Origin: Lama glama
Lineage: Eukaryota
Direction of reading: 5' to 3'
Assembly: GCA_028534125.1 (NCBI GenBank)
Contig: CM052816.1
Span: 70,930,001 to 70,994,000, forward strand
DNA: 64,000 nucleotides
In this document: positions 13,575-25,256 of the stretch, piece by piece
How positions within the stretch are numbered: the first letter of the stretch is position 1
How the letters are laid out: each line of letters starts with the position of its first letter
Notes under the pieces: generated by a model
What the model saw: only the letters and a program-made list of their open reading frames with translations
Told to the model about the DNA's origin: nothing
The model's database searches: none
Made by a program: the position numbers and the translations under genes

Positions 13575-14278
13575 TTTGTCTTTTGAGCAGATCAATGTGG
13601 CTGCAATGTAGAGGACTAAACAGCATGGAGTTGATGCTATAGACCAGTTAGGCAGCTTTGGCAATTGTTACAAGGGAAATAAGGATAGCTTGGAGTAGAG
13701 AAATAGTTATGGATATGAAATAATTATATGTATATATAATTTTTAAGAGATAGTGAAGAATTAGAACCAAGAAATATGGGTTGAGAGAGAAACATGTGGA
13801 GAGTGACTGCTAGTTTTCTGAGTGGTATAACTGGATGGTGGGTGGTGGTAACATATACCGATGCAAGACATATTAGACAATAATTGTCTTTGCAAGTGAA
13901 TACTGTGCTTGGTGTGGGCAGAGAGTTTGGGGTGTCACTGAGAGTCCCAAATGGAGACGTCAGGTAGGCACCTGAATATGTGAGTCTGGAAATTGGAGAA
14001 CAGGTCAGCTTTAGAGAGGGAAATGTTTATATGATCATACTCTAGATAGTAATCAGTCTGAATGGCATAGCAGAGAGTGCCCAAGGAGAGAATGTAGGAT
14101 AAGACAAGAAGCCTGAAAGGGAGCTCCAAGGATGTCTGATACTTGATTTTTGGATAGTGTTCAAAACAAACTGTAAAGTAGAATCCAGCAAGGAGAGGGA
14201 AACCAGAAAAGGTGTAATCACAGCAGCTGAGGGAAGAGAATGCTTCTAGAATGATTAAATGTCAAAATTCTGCTCCAA
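13575..14278 (-). mobile_element. LINE-2 fragment
   Basis: 'agatcaatgtggctgcaatgtagagga...gaccagttaggcagct', 'caaatggagacgtcaggtaggcacctgaatatgtgagtctgg' and 'aatgtcaaaattctgct' resemble antisense L2. Confidence 0.75.
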
Positions 14279-14309
14279 AGGGGCACAGTAACAACTAAAA
14301 GTTATCCGG

Positions 14310-14470
14310 GTAAATTTGGTTCCACCATTGCATACTTCCTCTGTAAACTTGGGAAGTTACTTAAAATTTCCCCATCCATGTAGTCTATATGGAATTATTG
14401 ACCTCACAGAAATATTGTCATGATTAAATGAGATAGTGTTTGTCTAGAGCTTAGCAAACACAGTCTCAAT
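14310..14470 (+). mobile_element. MIR SINE
   Basis: 'ctgtaaacttgggaagttacttaa...acctcacaga...tgtcatgattaaatgagatagtg' is the MIR core. Confidence 0.7.
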
Positions 14471-15095
14471 TTGTGGAAATTTCAGTAAGGAAGAGGAGGA
14501 CCCTGGTTAGGTTTACAATATCCCTGTAACCTCTCTGCACCTGTAACCAAGAGAAACTGAATTGCTGATTCCTAGCTTATAGGAAGGGTGGCACATCCAG
14601 ACAGTATAAAGTGATGCCTGAAGCACTTCCAGTAGCTAGAAATGCGGAGAGCTGTGGTTGTTACAGAACCTAATTGCAATTAAACCGCCTTTACTGAGCA
14701 CCATCAGGAAATGATGGGATCTACATCAGGGCATGTTTCAGGTGCTGTATTCTGCCCCGTTACTTAAGTTACTGTGTCTGCTTTTTAAAGTGTTTCCTGT
14801 CATCTTCTCTCTCTGGTAGTTTTCGGTAACTTCAAGTTGTGATCAGGATGCCTGTGACTAACAGTCATTCCTTTCTGCCCCACACAATCACTAATTTACT
14901 ACTTTAATCAGTTATGAGGCCACTGCCTTTTCTTTTTTCCCATGATATAGCTCAATTCTGGAGTAATGGATAGGTTCTTTATGCAAATATCTAATACAGG
15001 TATATATTAAATTTATATACCTGGCACATTTGCTGATGGCTGTCTCTGATTGATGTTAAGAATTTTCACCTGTGCCTTCAAAATAACTTTTTTTA

Positions 15096-15262
15096 GTTGG
15101 TCTCTGTACCTTTTGTGTACATGTGAATCATCTGGGGAGCTTGCTAAAAATGCTAAAGCTCAGCCTTTGCTGGCACAGTTTCTGATTCAGTACGTCTTGC
15201 GTGGCACTCAGAAGTCTTAATTATTAAAAAGCCACCAACATAATTCTGACATATTGCACATT
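15096..15262. mobile_element. MER5A DNA transposon
   Basis: 'gaatcatctggggagcttgctaaaaatgc...gtttctgattcagtacgtcttgcgtggcactcagaa' matches MER5A. Confidence 0.75.
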
Positions 15263-15271
15263 TAGTGACAG

Positions 15272-15489
15272 AGGTGCAGTGACTTAAAATTGTAGACTGT
15301 CTAACTAGATATACTGAATTTGACTCCTAGCTCTGTCACTTACCAGCTATGACATATTAACCAATTAAGCTTGTTTCCTTATTTATAAAATGAGACTCAT
15401 GATGGTAGCTACATTATAGGTTTATTGTGAGGATTAAATGAGTCAGTCATAAAAATACTTATAAGGGTGACTGGCGCAAACTAAGTGCT
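15272..15489 (+). mobile_element. MIR SINE
   Basis: 'tcctagctctgtcacttaccagctatgac...tttataaaatgag...attgtgaggattaaatgag'. Confidence 0.8.
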
Positions 15490-15980
15490 TGTCTTAGGTT
15501 GAGTTCCTTGGAAAGCAGAGCCTAAAACAAGGATGTGGTTCAGTTGCTTATTTAAGAAGTAATCTTAGGAAACAAAGTGAGGGATAAAGAAGAGAGAGAG
15601 GGAAGGGAGAAAAGCCAGTAGAGGGGAAATTAACCGGCTGGTTAATGCTGTGGACAACTGAGGTTCAATACCGTGGAGACTTTCTGAAGGGCACCCTAGA
15701 ACTGCCCCATCAGGGAAAGGGGAGGCTGGGGAATTAATCTATCAGCTCCTGTCCCCAGTTGGCTGAAAGTTGCTACAGGGAGGAAACTTCCCTCGATTTT
15801 GGGCTGTGCCTGTGCATGGCTGCTGTTTTCCTTGGCTTTAGTGAAAGCCTTGAGGCTCAAAGCAGAAACACCACTGGCTCTTTGTGAGGGGTCCTGGTGC
15901 TACGCATGGACCTGTCAACGAGAGCTGATCTGAAATGGGGGTGGGTTATGTGACGGGTGTCCTCACAGGCATCTGCTCCA
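15490..15980 (-). mobile_element. ERVL solo LTR (LTR33-like)
   Basis: Starts 'tgtcttaggttgagttccttggaaagcagagcct', contains 'ggaggctggggaattaatctatcagctcctgtccccagttggctgaaagttgc', ends 'gcatctgctcca'; TG...CA termini. Confidence 0.7.
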
Positions 15981-17408
15981 GTTGGTATACTCAAATGACA
16001 CACGTACTCTATCAGTATCAGTCGTTGTCAGCGGACTTCACACCTGTGTCAGATTCTTTACATGTTAATGTCATTTACTTTTGTGAAAATTCTTCATGGT
16101 ATTACTAGATCCAGTCACAGAAACTGATAACTGGGGAGATTGCCTAAAATTGAAGTGCACAGTATCACACTAAGATGAGGTAGACAGCTTTTAAAACTAA
16201 GTTGTCTCTCACTATAATTATCTTAACCTCACTAGGGATAAATCTGAACCATGGTAAGAAAGAAGAAATATACATCCCAGAATTTAAGGTCTTGAAGTAC
16301 CTACAGAAATTGCAGCAGCTTTGTGTACATCAAGATTCCAAACTTAAAAAAGCTTTACATATTTGTTTATTAAACACTGAAGCGTCGCCAGTTTGGTTTC
16401 CTCCTCTTTATAGTCAACTCTGAATTATTTGTGGATTACATTGTGTCTAGTCGACCTTAATCTTTCTCTTTTCCTTGTTCCTCTTGGCATTTTGCCATTG
16501 AGCAGTTCCTCTATCAAAGTCTGGTTGTGAATTCTTGTTCAAGTTAGTTTTATAACTTATAAGTAAGTCCTATCTTAGTTTGATTGAAAGCAATTTGAAG
16601 CTTATAGTATGACTGGATGAATTCTTTAGTCAAATAATCCCTGAATTATAGAATTTCAGAATTAAGTATCAAGTTAAAAGTTACGTAGTTGGCTTAGTTC
16701 CTTAATGGGTGAGTTTTTTCTTTTTTGTCAACATGTTTAAGAATACAACCTAAAATGACTGATAAAATCATTTTTAAAGCTAATGAAGCCCAGGAAAGTA
16801 CAGAAATAGCTTACCAGTCATTAACATCTAATGGTTCTTTGACAGATATTGATAAGAAAATAATTTTCATTGTGTCTATTTTGCACAAAAGAAAATTCGT
16901 GTAATAAAAGAAATGATGTGACAAGTTCTAGACCTACTGAATGATCATCTTAAATTAAAAAACAATTACTTGAAAATTCATCTTGGTATTTATATAGTGA
17001 AATGATATAATGCAAAATATATTCCTTGTAAAACACTGGCATATTCCAGCATTGAGTTGAAACAGTACTTCAAAAGGAATATGTGTATGTTTTTTTTTCC
17101 AAAGACTATTTTGCTAAGATTGAAATGTGAAATCTCTGATACGCTGAAGAGTGATTTTGAAGTGGGACCTGGTGCTGCGTCTGCACTTGGGCTGAGCAGA
17201 CCAGCTGTGCTGGTTGTTCTGTTGGAGGGAATACCTGCTGAGAGACTAGCCTGCATGTGTTCCTTAATTTCCTGAATTATCATATCCTTATAATCAGTAT
17301 CTGAGCCATGACGCCATTATGAAGACCGAAATACTAGGTTGCAGGAGAGTTTCTTTCTAGGAGATGTAGTTTGAAGTGGAATATTTTATTTGTCCTCTTA
17401 ACACTCAA

Positions 17409-17460
17409 TGTATGTGTGTGTGTGTGTGTATGAACTTATACATATATGTATATACACATA
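17409..17460. repeat. (TG)n/(TA)-rich microsatellite
   Basis: Read directly. Confidence 0.85.
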
Positions 17461-18479
17461 GATTTCCATGTTTGTCTTACCTAAGTCCTGAGCCACTTAT
17501 GTTAATTTATCATAATGAGGTCTCAGACCCCCAGATGGTCTTCAAGTAGTTAAGTGAGAAATATTATCTCACGTAAGAGGGCTGAATCAGACAAAATATA
17601 TTTGGAATGTGCATACACTGAGAGAAGAAATCATACCTTACAGACACACTGCAGGGTCCAAAAATAATGGATACACTTTTAATTGAAAATGACAATGATA
17701 TTCTTTTTATAGCTTAGTGATTTTCTCTTCTTTGCATGAGAGTGGATACATGAAGTAACTTGATCCATAATAACCACATTTTTATTCTTTATTTATCCTT
17801 TATATATTCTTAAATTGTTAGCTGTCATTTTATTCCATGCAGTGTAGCATTACATGCAGACATTATGGACTTTTGCAATGAGTGGGGGTTTAAAGTTTTA
17901 AATTCGGAGAACAACAATTGTTACTATTAGGAATACTAATTCTTTTTTTTAATAGAACATTTTGATAGAGTTAAATAGTCAAATGTATCTTCCTTCCTTT
18001 ATACTTTTAAATTGCAATTATTGATAATACTAAATTTTTGTTGTTTAAAACTCAAAGATTTCAAACATGGCTGAGATAGAGGATGGTATAATAATATAGA
18101 AAACAAGATAGAGTGTCCAGGAGAGGGGCCCATGTTCAGAGAAAATTAAATGCTTAGATTAGAGCATGTTGGGTCTGAAGTAGTGAAGAGACATTCATGT
18201 GGAAGAATCAGCAGGTCATTTTTGCATGCTCTACTGAGCCAAATGCTCAGATTCCCTCAAGCAAATTAATAATGTTTACTTCTTCATGTTTGAAGTGACC
18301 CTATGAATTCATAAAAAAAAGTTCAAATTAATTTGGCAATAAGAATCAACTGTGAGCAACAGTAAGTAGCTCAAAATAAAAAAATTTCAAAAGTGTGGGT
18401 GTCTGGCTTAGAGTAGACACAGCTCTGGGCTAAGCGTGAAGGCTTCAGCATTAAATTATCTAGGCCCATTGTACTTAGT

Positions 18480-18670
18480 GCTGGTGACTCACACATCTGT
18501 TTCCAGACTACATTTCTTTCTATAGCCCACTGAATTAGTTCACTTAAATGACCATAAGACATTTATGCTAAATATCCTAAAGGAAGAAGTCATACTTTTT
18601 TTATCCAGCATCTGCTCGCCCTGTGTTCTTTATGTCAGTGAAGAGCATCTCAAATCTATAAAATTAACAT
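18480..18670 (+). mobile_element. LINE-2 fragment
   Basis: 'tgactcacacatctgtttccag...ctgtgttctttatgtcagtgaagagcatc' resembles L2; a short MIR fragment precedes it at about 18400-18480. Confidence 0.5.
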
Positions 18671-19720
18671 CCTAGAATCTGTGTATTTTATAGGACTTCC
18701 TTTTTCGTTTTAAAAGCAGTGTGACTAGAATATTCCTTTATGTATCTCCTTTCCAGTTTCATTTGAAAATGGTCCCCAGGTAAGACTATAGTTTGTAATT
18801 TGTCATTTTTACCATGTATGGTTATTATAGCTTGTGTTCTTGGATTTAAAAACACACAAATGATACATCTTATGATTCTCTTCTACTCTAACTCACCCTG
18901 CAAACCAACAAACAAATCCCTCAAACTGAATTATGTTACTTTTTACTTATGAGTAAACAAGGGTAAGTGGCTCTTGGTTCCAGATAGCAATACATTTCCC
19001 CAGAGAGATACCATCATTTGTCTCCACCATATTCAATGAACATAAAATTTTATTTTATACCTGATGATATTGGCCATATGCTCTTCTGTGAAAAAGAGTA
19101 GAATGAGGAAATACTCTTATCTGGCTTATTTATTTATTTAATTCCATGTTCTACTTCCATAATTCCTACTGAGTGTGTTCAAGCATCTGGATGAACTATA
19201 AGTTGCAGAGTACAAAATCTAAGTGCCAGGCTGCTGCAGTTGTTAGCCAATTTATGGAGGCAAGAGAGTAACAGGTCTGTTACTTCCCATTTCAGACTTA
19301 TTTCAGTGCAGCCGTTGACTGCTAAAACCAGATAAATTGTAAAAAGGAAAAAAAAAACTCTTGTAATAAAAATTATTTTATATACTGAAAACATTCCTCA
19401 TCCAAATATGCTGAGATCTTGGTATTTATTATTTATTTGTTTTTGTGAAGTGTGATTACTATATGGTAAAGTGCTTCAAAAACTAAATTCAAAGAAGTCT
19501 GAGTTATCACATTATATAGACTTTTAGAAGTTAGTAAATGTATTATGATTGAAAATCTATGAATCAATAAATGAAATTCTTCCTGTTTGATATCTTAAAT
19601 TATTAATCTCCATTTACTAGAAAATGACAACCACTCATCAGGTCAGCTAGAAGTAAAAATGGGGTTTGGAGAGTTTGGCAAAGGGTTGCATTCTGCCATT
19701 ATTTGCTTGCTAAAATTCCC

Positions 19721-19820
19721 CATTATAATATTAATATTATTATTACAATACAACATTACAAATTATTAATACAATTATTAATACAATATTATTATTGTAT
19801 TATTATATTAATAATACAAG
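19721..19820. repeat. AT-rich low-complexity tract (TAT/AAT)
   Basis: Read directly. Confidence 0.85.
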
Positions 19821-21515
19821 AACAAAAGTATTTGATATATTACTATAATAGTTCCTGTCTATACGTATGTTGCAGTCAATGAAAACATAATCTAACATAG
19901 TATCTTTTGGGGGATTTGGTTTATAATTTTGCTGTCCATTTTTAATTCATTATTAGCCAGAGCATTTCCAAGACATTAATATTGAAGCTTTCCTTAACCA
20001 GAACATCAGTACCCTAACCAGCTTGTCAGGGTGACTGAGGGTTAGATATAGTGCATATACATTCTGATTCCTTCACCAACATCTCCAATCTAACCTCCCT
20101 ACTGAGGTGGCAATCATTCTCCAGCTAAGCTAGTTTTCTGCTCTGGCTCCATTTTCCTAGCACGTTACAAGACCTTGGAGATGCCTTCTGAATTTGTTCC
20201 ATGTCTTATTGTTATATTCTGAGCGCTTCAGTGTCCTAATACAAAAAGATCCCTGGGCCTCGTGCTCCTGTGACTTGCTATGGTAGCTCTTGTTTTCTGA
20301 GCTACTTGCCCAACTTCTTAATTTCTTTGCACAGTACCAGGCATGATATGGCTATATTGAATTCAAGTTTATTTTCTTTCTTCAACTACTTATAAATTTG
20401 AGCTTTCTTCTTTTTGTTTTAGTTTTCTTTTTGAATTTGGCAACTATTTTTAAGCTTGAACTTTTGTATCTTTTTTGATTTTTCTTTTCTTTTATTGAAG
20501 GACATGCTTGTTCTAAAAATCTAATAATACAGAAAAATAAAAAAACTGTAACACTCAGCCTAGTTCACATCAGTCACCCAGGAATAACCAGTTTTAATAT
20601 TAGATCTTACATATATGTATGTATTAATACAGTGGTAATTATTGATAATTAGTAACAATAATAAACTCATATTAGCCTTGCATATATATAAAAGGAAGAT
20701 TAACAGAATAGCAAAATTTGACAGATGACAGCAAAAAGTTTTATGATAATTCTATCATATTATAAAAGCTTTAAAAATAAAGCATTTAATGTAACATAAA
20801 AACAAAACCAAAGCAAAACTGAAGGAAATTCTGTACCTCATAAATATTTTATTTTGATATTTTTGTATCAAAAATATATTACTTCTGTAAGAGTTCTAAT
20901 ATTGATATGCAATACGTTAAAAAGGTGGAGTCATTTTTTTTAAAATACTTATTTCCTAGTAGACTCTCAGAATTTTTCTAACATTTTTCCACTGAGCATT
21001 TAGCCCTTTGAAGGTTCTCTTTCATTGTAACTGTCTCTCTTCTACCTTGTCAGGGCTCTAGGTCTTATCTCATTCCCCTGCAGCATTTAAAACTCAAGGT
21101 CTTAGATTTCTCCAGTTTATAACAGCTTCAATTTGTCATTTTGATTGTCATTCACTCAATATATTTTGTTTTCAGTTATATATTTTAAAATGTTTTAACA
21201 TAGTTTATACAGTCTCCTTTGTGTTCTAGAACAGGAGACTTTTTCTGAATATTTAGCTTGCCACGTTGGTAGGAGTCAGATCCCCCATTGCATTTTCATC
21301 TCAGCATTGTTTTCCCCCTAGATTTTTGGATTCTATTTTTGTTTATCTTTGTTGATTTGATTCATAGACTTGTTCATGTTATCTTGTTTTCTTCCTCCTT
21401 TCTTTCCTTTGTTCCATCCTTCCTTCCTTCCTTTCTTTTTTGCTTTTGTAATAGAATATTCTTTACATGTTCAGGATATTGATCCATTTCCTTTAGGTCT
21501 CGACTAAATTTTTTA

Positions 21516-21571
21516 TTTTGTTTTTTATTGAAGTATAGTTGATTTACAATGTTGTTAGTTTCTGGTGTATA

Positions 21572-21614
<43 letters not shown>

Positions 21615-21732
21615 TGTTTATGTGTATTCATATTCTTTTCCATTATAGGTTATTACAAGATACTGAATATAGTTCCCTATGTTATATAGTATAACTTTAT
21701 TTATTTTATGTATAGTGGTTAGTATCTGCAAG
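21516..21732 (-). mobile_element. Heavily 5'-truncated cetartiodactyl-type L1 3' end with TSD
   Basis: 'attgaagtatagttgatttacaatgttg...ttcttttccattataggttattacaagatactgaatatagttccct' is the L1 3' terminus; flanked by TAAATTTTTTA at 21505-21515 and 21733-21743. Confidence 0.85.
21575..21608. repeat. (AT)17 microsatellite inside the L1 3' UTR
   Basis: Read directly. Confidence 0.95.
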
Positions 21733-21759
21733 TAAATTTTTTAAATTAATATGATCTTG

Positions 21760-22180
21760 ACCAGAAGTATCAGAGATGTTAAATAACAGTGCCTTAAATA
21801 AGATGATGTTTCTCTCTCCTGTTGAGTGGGTGGTCTAGACTTGCCATGGTAATTCTCTTTCAAGAGACCCTTGTTTCTTTCAGTTCATCACTTCTAGCAA
21901 AAGATAGTGGGTACTGCTCCAGTCACCACTTCCAGTTTTAAGCCATAGAATAGAACAGGGGGCAAAGAATTTTTAAGTTGTGGAAAAGACACACACACCA
22001 GCAATTTCACAAGAAAAGTTCATGGAAGTGGCCAGATGACACTTCGGTTTACATATTATGGACCAAAACTTATTAATATCTTGCTGCAGGGAAGACAGAC
22101 AACTGTGTTCTTTATTCATTGTCTAAATAAATACCATAGTTCTGTTACAAGAGAAAACAGGTTTTGGAAGTAATGGCTTT
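21760..22180 (-). mobile_element. MaLR LTR (MLT1J-like)
   Basis: 'aaataacagtgccttaaataagat...cacttcggtttacatattatggaccaaaactta...ttgctgcagggaagac' resembles antisense MLT1. Confidence 0.65.
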
Positions 22181-22239
22181 TTCTGTCCATTATCCTGATA
22201 AGAATGAATATGTCCAAGAGAAAAAGTAAAGGGCTCCCT

Positions 22240-22395
22240 ACAACACTCTATTATCATCCTCATGTTAGAGTTGAAGAAATTAAGATGTAGAGGGATTAAC
22301 TTGCTGAAAACCAGACACCTAATAAATGACTCAACTGCCACTCAATCCAGAAAGTCTGGAACCCAGTCTCTTAATCACCATACTATCCTGCCTCT
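22240..22395 (-). mobile_element. MIR SINE
   Basis: 'attatcatcctcatgttagagttgaagaaattaag...tcttaatcaccatactatcctgcctc'. Confidence 0.7.
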
Positions 22396-23369
22396 TTTTA
22401 TTGAATGTGACTATTCCAAGGTCTACAAAATAATAATGATAATTCTTCATATATTTTGAACATACTCAGCTTCAGAACCATGAAGATCAACGTGTCATTA
22501 TTTTCTAAATTTATAAGATGTGAGAGAAACTCAGTGTTTACTCACTCAGCTTCCTGACTCCAAGCAGGAAAACGAAAACAAAACACAAAACAAACAACAA
22601 CAACAACAAAAAACAAGACCTTGCAGTTTTGATTAGTCAACTAGAAGCAACTTAAAGAGAACACCTACTCAGGGGGCATTTTTAAATGTCCATCTTCAAA
22701 TACTTCAACATGTTTTCTGTGATTATCTTTGATACTTTGAATAATTAACGAAAACATATATAATTTTTGGAAAAGCAAAGATACTGTTCTTCCTAGATAA
22801 TGAGGAAATTCAAAAGATTGAAAATTATGACCATCATCTGACTTGTGAGTGACCATGAAGTCATCTACTTGGAAATAGAGGGAAAAAAATCCACCAAAAT
22901 ATTTCTTCAGATATTTGACCAAGTTCATGCAAAACCTTATCTTTACTTGTAAGTTGTAAATATTTGGAACTTGTTAACCTCTTCAAATAATCAAGATATT
23001 GCTTATTAAATAGGTACAATCAGTGTTATATATAGATATACATACATGTGTATGTATATAGACATAAAATAAGATTTGATAATAAACAGTAATGGTTAGC
23101 TTAATGAGTATCACATGGTAATCTTGCTCTTCTGTGCAAATGATGCTCAGGATATTCATATAAATACTATGTGCTTATTCTCTTATCTACAAGTCTGCCT
23201 TCATAGAATTAGGAAACTTAACCGTCTTGATCCCCACTCTTGCACGTCTCTGGCATGTAGTAAGAATTCAATAAACACTACTGATGAAATGTTTTAGTTC
23301 CACCACTAAAGTTTTTTAAGAAGTACATGCTTGTGTCCATTCCATAAAATTTGTAAAATTTGCATTGGT

Positions 23370-24360
23370 TGATTGCTTTTTAAAAAATATTTTCATACAA
23401 CTCAAAATTTAAAAGAATATCATGAAGTATCTCTATTCTTATGTGCAAGGCTTCCAATTTCCCTCCCTAGACTCAACCAACATTATCAGTTCTCCTGTAT
23501 CCTCAAGAGATATTTTATATATGTACAAGAAAACAATTTTATATATACCTTTAAAAATATTTTTTTCCTGCAAACCTGGTGACATATTCTGTATGTCAGC
23601 ATGACTAGTTATAGACAGTAGAAACTAGCTAGATAGCTTAAAAAGAAAGTTTCTTCTGAAAAGGTATAAATAGCTCAAAGAAATATTGGGACATCTGAAG
23701 AAGCAGACTTTTAAGTCAGAATTCCAGGGATACTCTGAAAACCGCATCTCATCTAGAACCAGACCTATGAGAAAGCTCTATTGGCCAGTTATGAAGTAGC
23801 ATTCATGATTGTTGGCAGAAGAGCCCAGTGCCTCTGGTTGAATTCACACAACAAAGTAAATGCTTTACATTTTGCTTTTCCTTCTCCCTATGAAATTTCA
23901 GGCTATATTCATGTCTCACAGGATTGTTTCTTTCTCTTTGTGGATTGGTTTTGAGCAAAAGTTGAGGTGAATACACCTCTTTGGTAGGACCTGGGTCATA
24001 CTTGGACCCAGCCCTTAGGTATTAACAAAATACATTTTCCTTAGGTTCATATATTTTGTTCCTTGGTTTCTTCCTTTCCATTTAACAGCATACCTTGCAG
24101 CTTATTTTATGTCGTAATATAGACAGTGTCACTCTTTTTAATGGATACACAGTAGTCTAATATGGCCTTACTGTGATTTGCTTAACCTGCTCCAGTTAAT
24201 GGACAGTTGAGTCACTTCCAATTTTTGCAATTATAAGCAAAGCTGAGATAAATAACTCTGTATCTACATTACTGTTTTCCTTTGAGATTTTTTTTTTCCT
24301 TGCATTTGAGAATATCTTTGGATAAAATGGAAAAAGTAGCATTCCTGGGTTCAAGTGCAG
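23370..24360 (-). mobile_element. Ancient L1ME-like 3' fragment, interrupted by an MLT1-like insert (about 23590-24020)
   Basis: 'ctctttttaatggatacacagtagtc...atggacagttgagtcacttccaatttttgcaattataagcaaagctg' resembles antisense L1ME; the insert begins 'gttatagacagtagaaactagctagatagcttaaaaagaaag'. Confidence 0.55.
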
Positions 24361-24369
24361 TCTTGTATG

Positions 24370-24705
24370 CACATATGCATCTTCAACTCAGGAGTACAGA
24401 GAACTCGGGGAGGAACCTTTGACCAATGGGAGAAGAAAGCCAGCAGAGAAAATCTCTCCTTTCCCAGCATGGACTGATCTGAGCAGCAGCTGTTTACGTG
24501 GTCTGTGAGATGGTCTCAAGAGATTGAGCAATTTTGCTTGACCGCAGGTGGTTGCTGGTCTGCTAACTTATTTGATGTTGGCTCTCCCTCACTTCTCAGT
24601 CCTACTTCCCTTTAACCTAAGCCTGTTCCCTGGGGTTGCACTATTTAAGAAAGCATGTAAGCCTTTGGCTCATATTCTTCTTTTTGGGGGATCCTGTATA
24701 AGCAA
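24370..24705 (+). mobile_element. ERVL-class LTR fragment (LTR40/41/50-like)
   Basis: 'gaacctttgaccaatgggagaagaaagccag...ttccctggggttgcact...ttttggggg' resembles old ERVL LTRs. Confidence 0.5.
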
Positions 24706-24828
24706 GGGGATATATAATAAACAAAATATATACTATGTTAGTTGATGTAATTGCAATAGGGGAGAAAAAGACAAAGAAAGGATAGAGCTGATATTTGGTG
24801 GTACACAGTTGGGTGGTGCAATAAATGC

Positions 24829-25256
24829 TGTGATATTCTGTTCAGATCCCTCCTTCCTGACCTGTTCATGGGCTTAATGTTAGTTGTTGGGTCTCACCTG
24901 AATCTCTTTCTGAGAATTGTCCTCAGGTGAAGAAGACTACTTTCCATAGTAACGTTCCTTTTCCCAGAGCAGCCTGTAGCCAATAAATGGCCAACAAGGC
25001 GTGTAAAAGTTTGCCCCCTCTTGCCTCAGTTGTGGACAGTTCCAAAGGGCTATCATCTCAGCTTTAGAGTTTGTGGTGGGATCTGCCAACACCTTTGCTG
25101 GAACTGCTTTACAGTTCAACTCATCCCTTTGTTCAGTCCTATTTTATTCACTTTCTCATAGGTTTTGCTCTTGTGGACACTCCCCAATAAATACTAATTA
25201 ATTGCATGCTAGTCTCTGTCCCAAATTCTGTTTCCCAGGGAACCCTACATAAGATA
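24829..25256 (+). mobile_element. ERVL solo LTR (LTR16C-like)
   Basis: 'cagcctgtagccaataaatggcc...cttgcctcagttgtggacagttccaaagggc...cactccccaataaa...ctgtttcccagggaaccctacataagata'. Confidence 0.75.

Noticed and set aside
16990..17283. Ser/Ala/Pro-rich 97-aa minus-strand ORF in a GC-richer patch
   Set aside because: No recognisable protein and no convincing splice sites; more likely non-coding
18757..18779. 23-nt exon-like unit with a good acceptor and CAG|GTAAGA donor
   Set aside because: Lies in degraded L1-like sequence and is not frame-preserving; probable pseudo-exon
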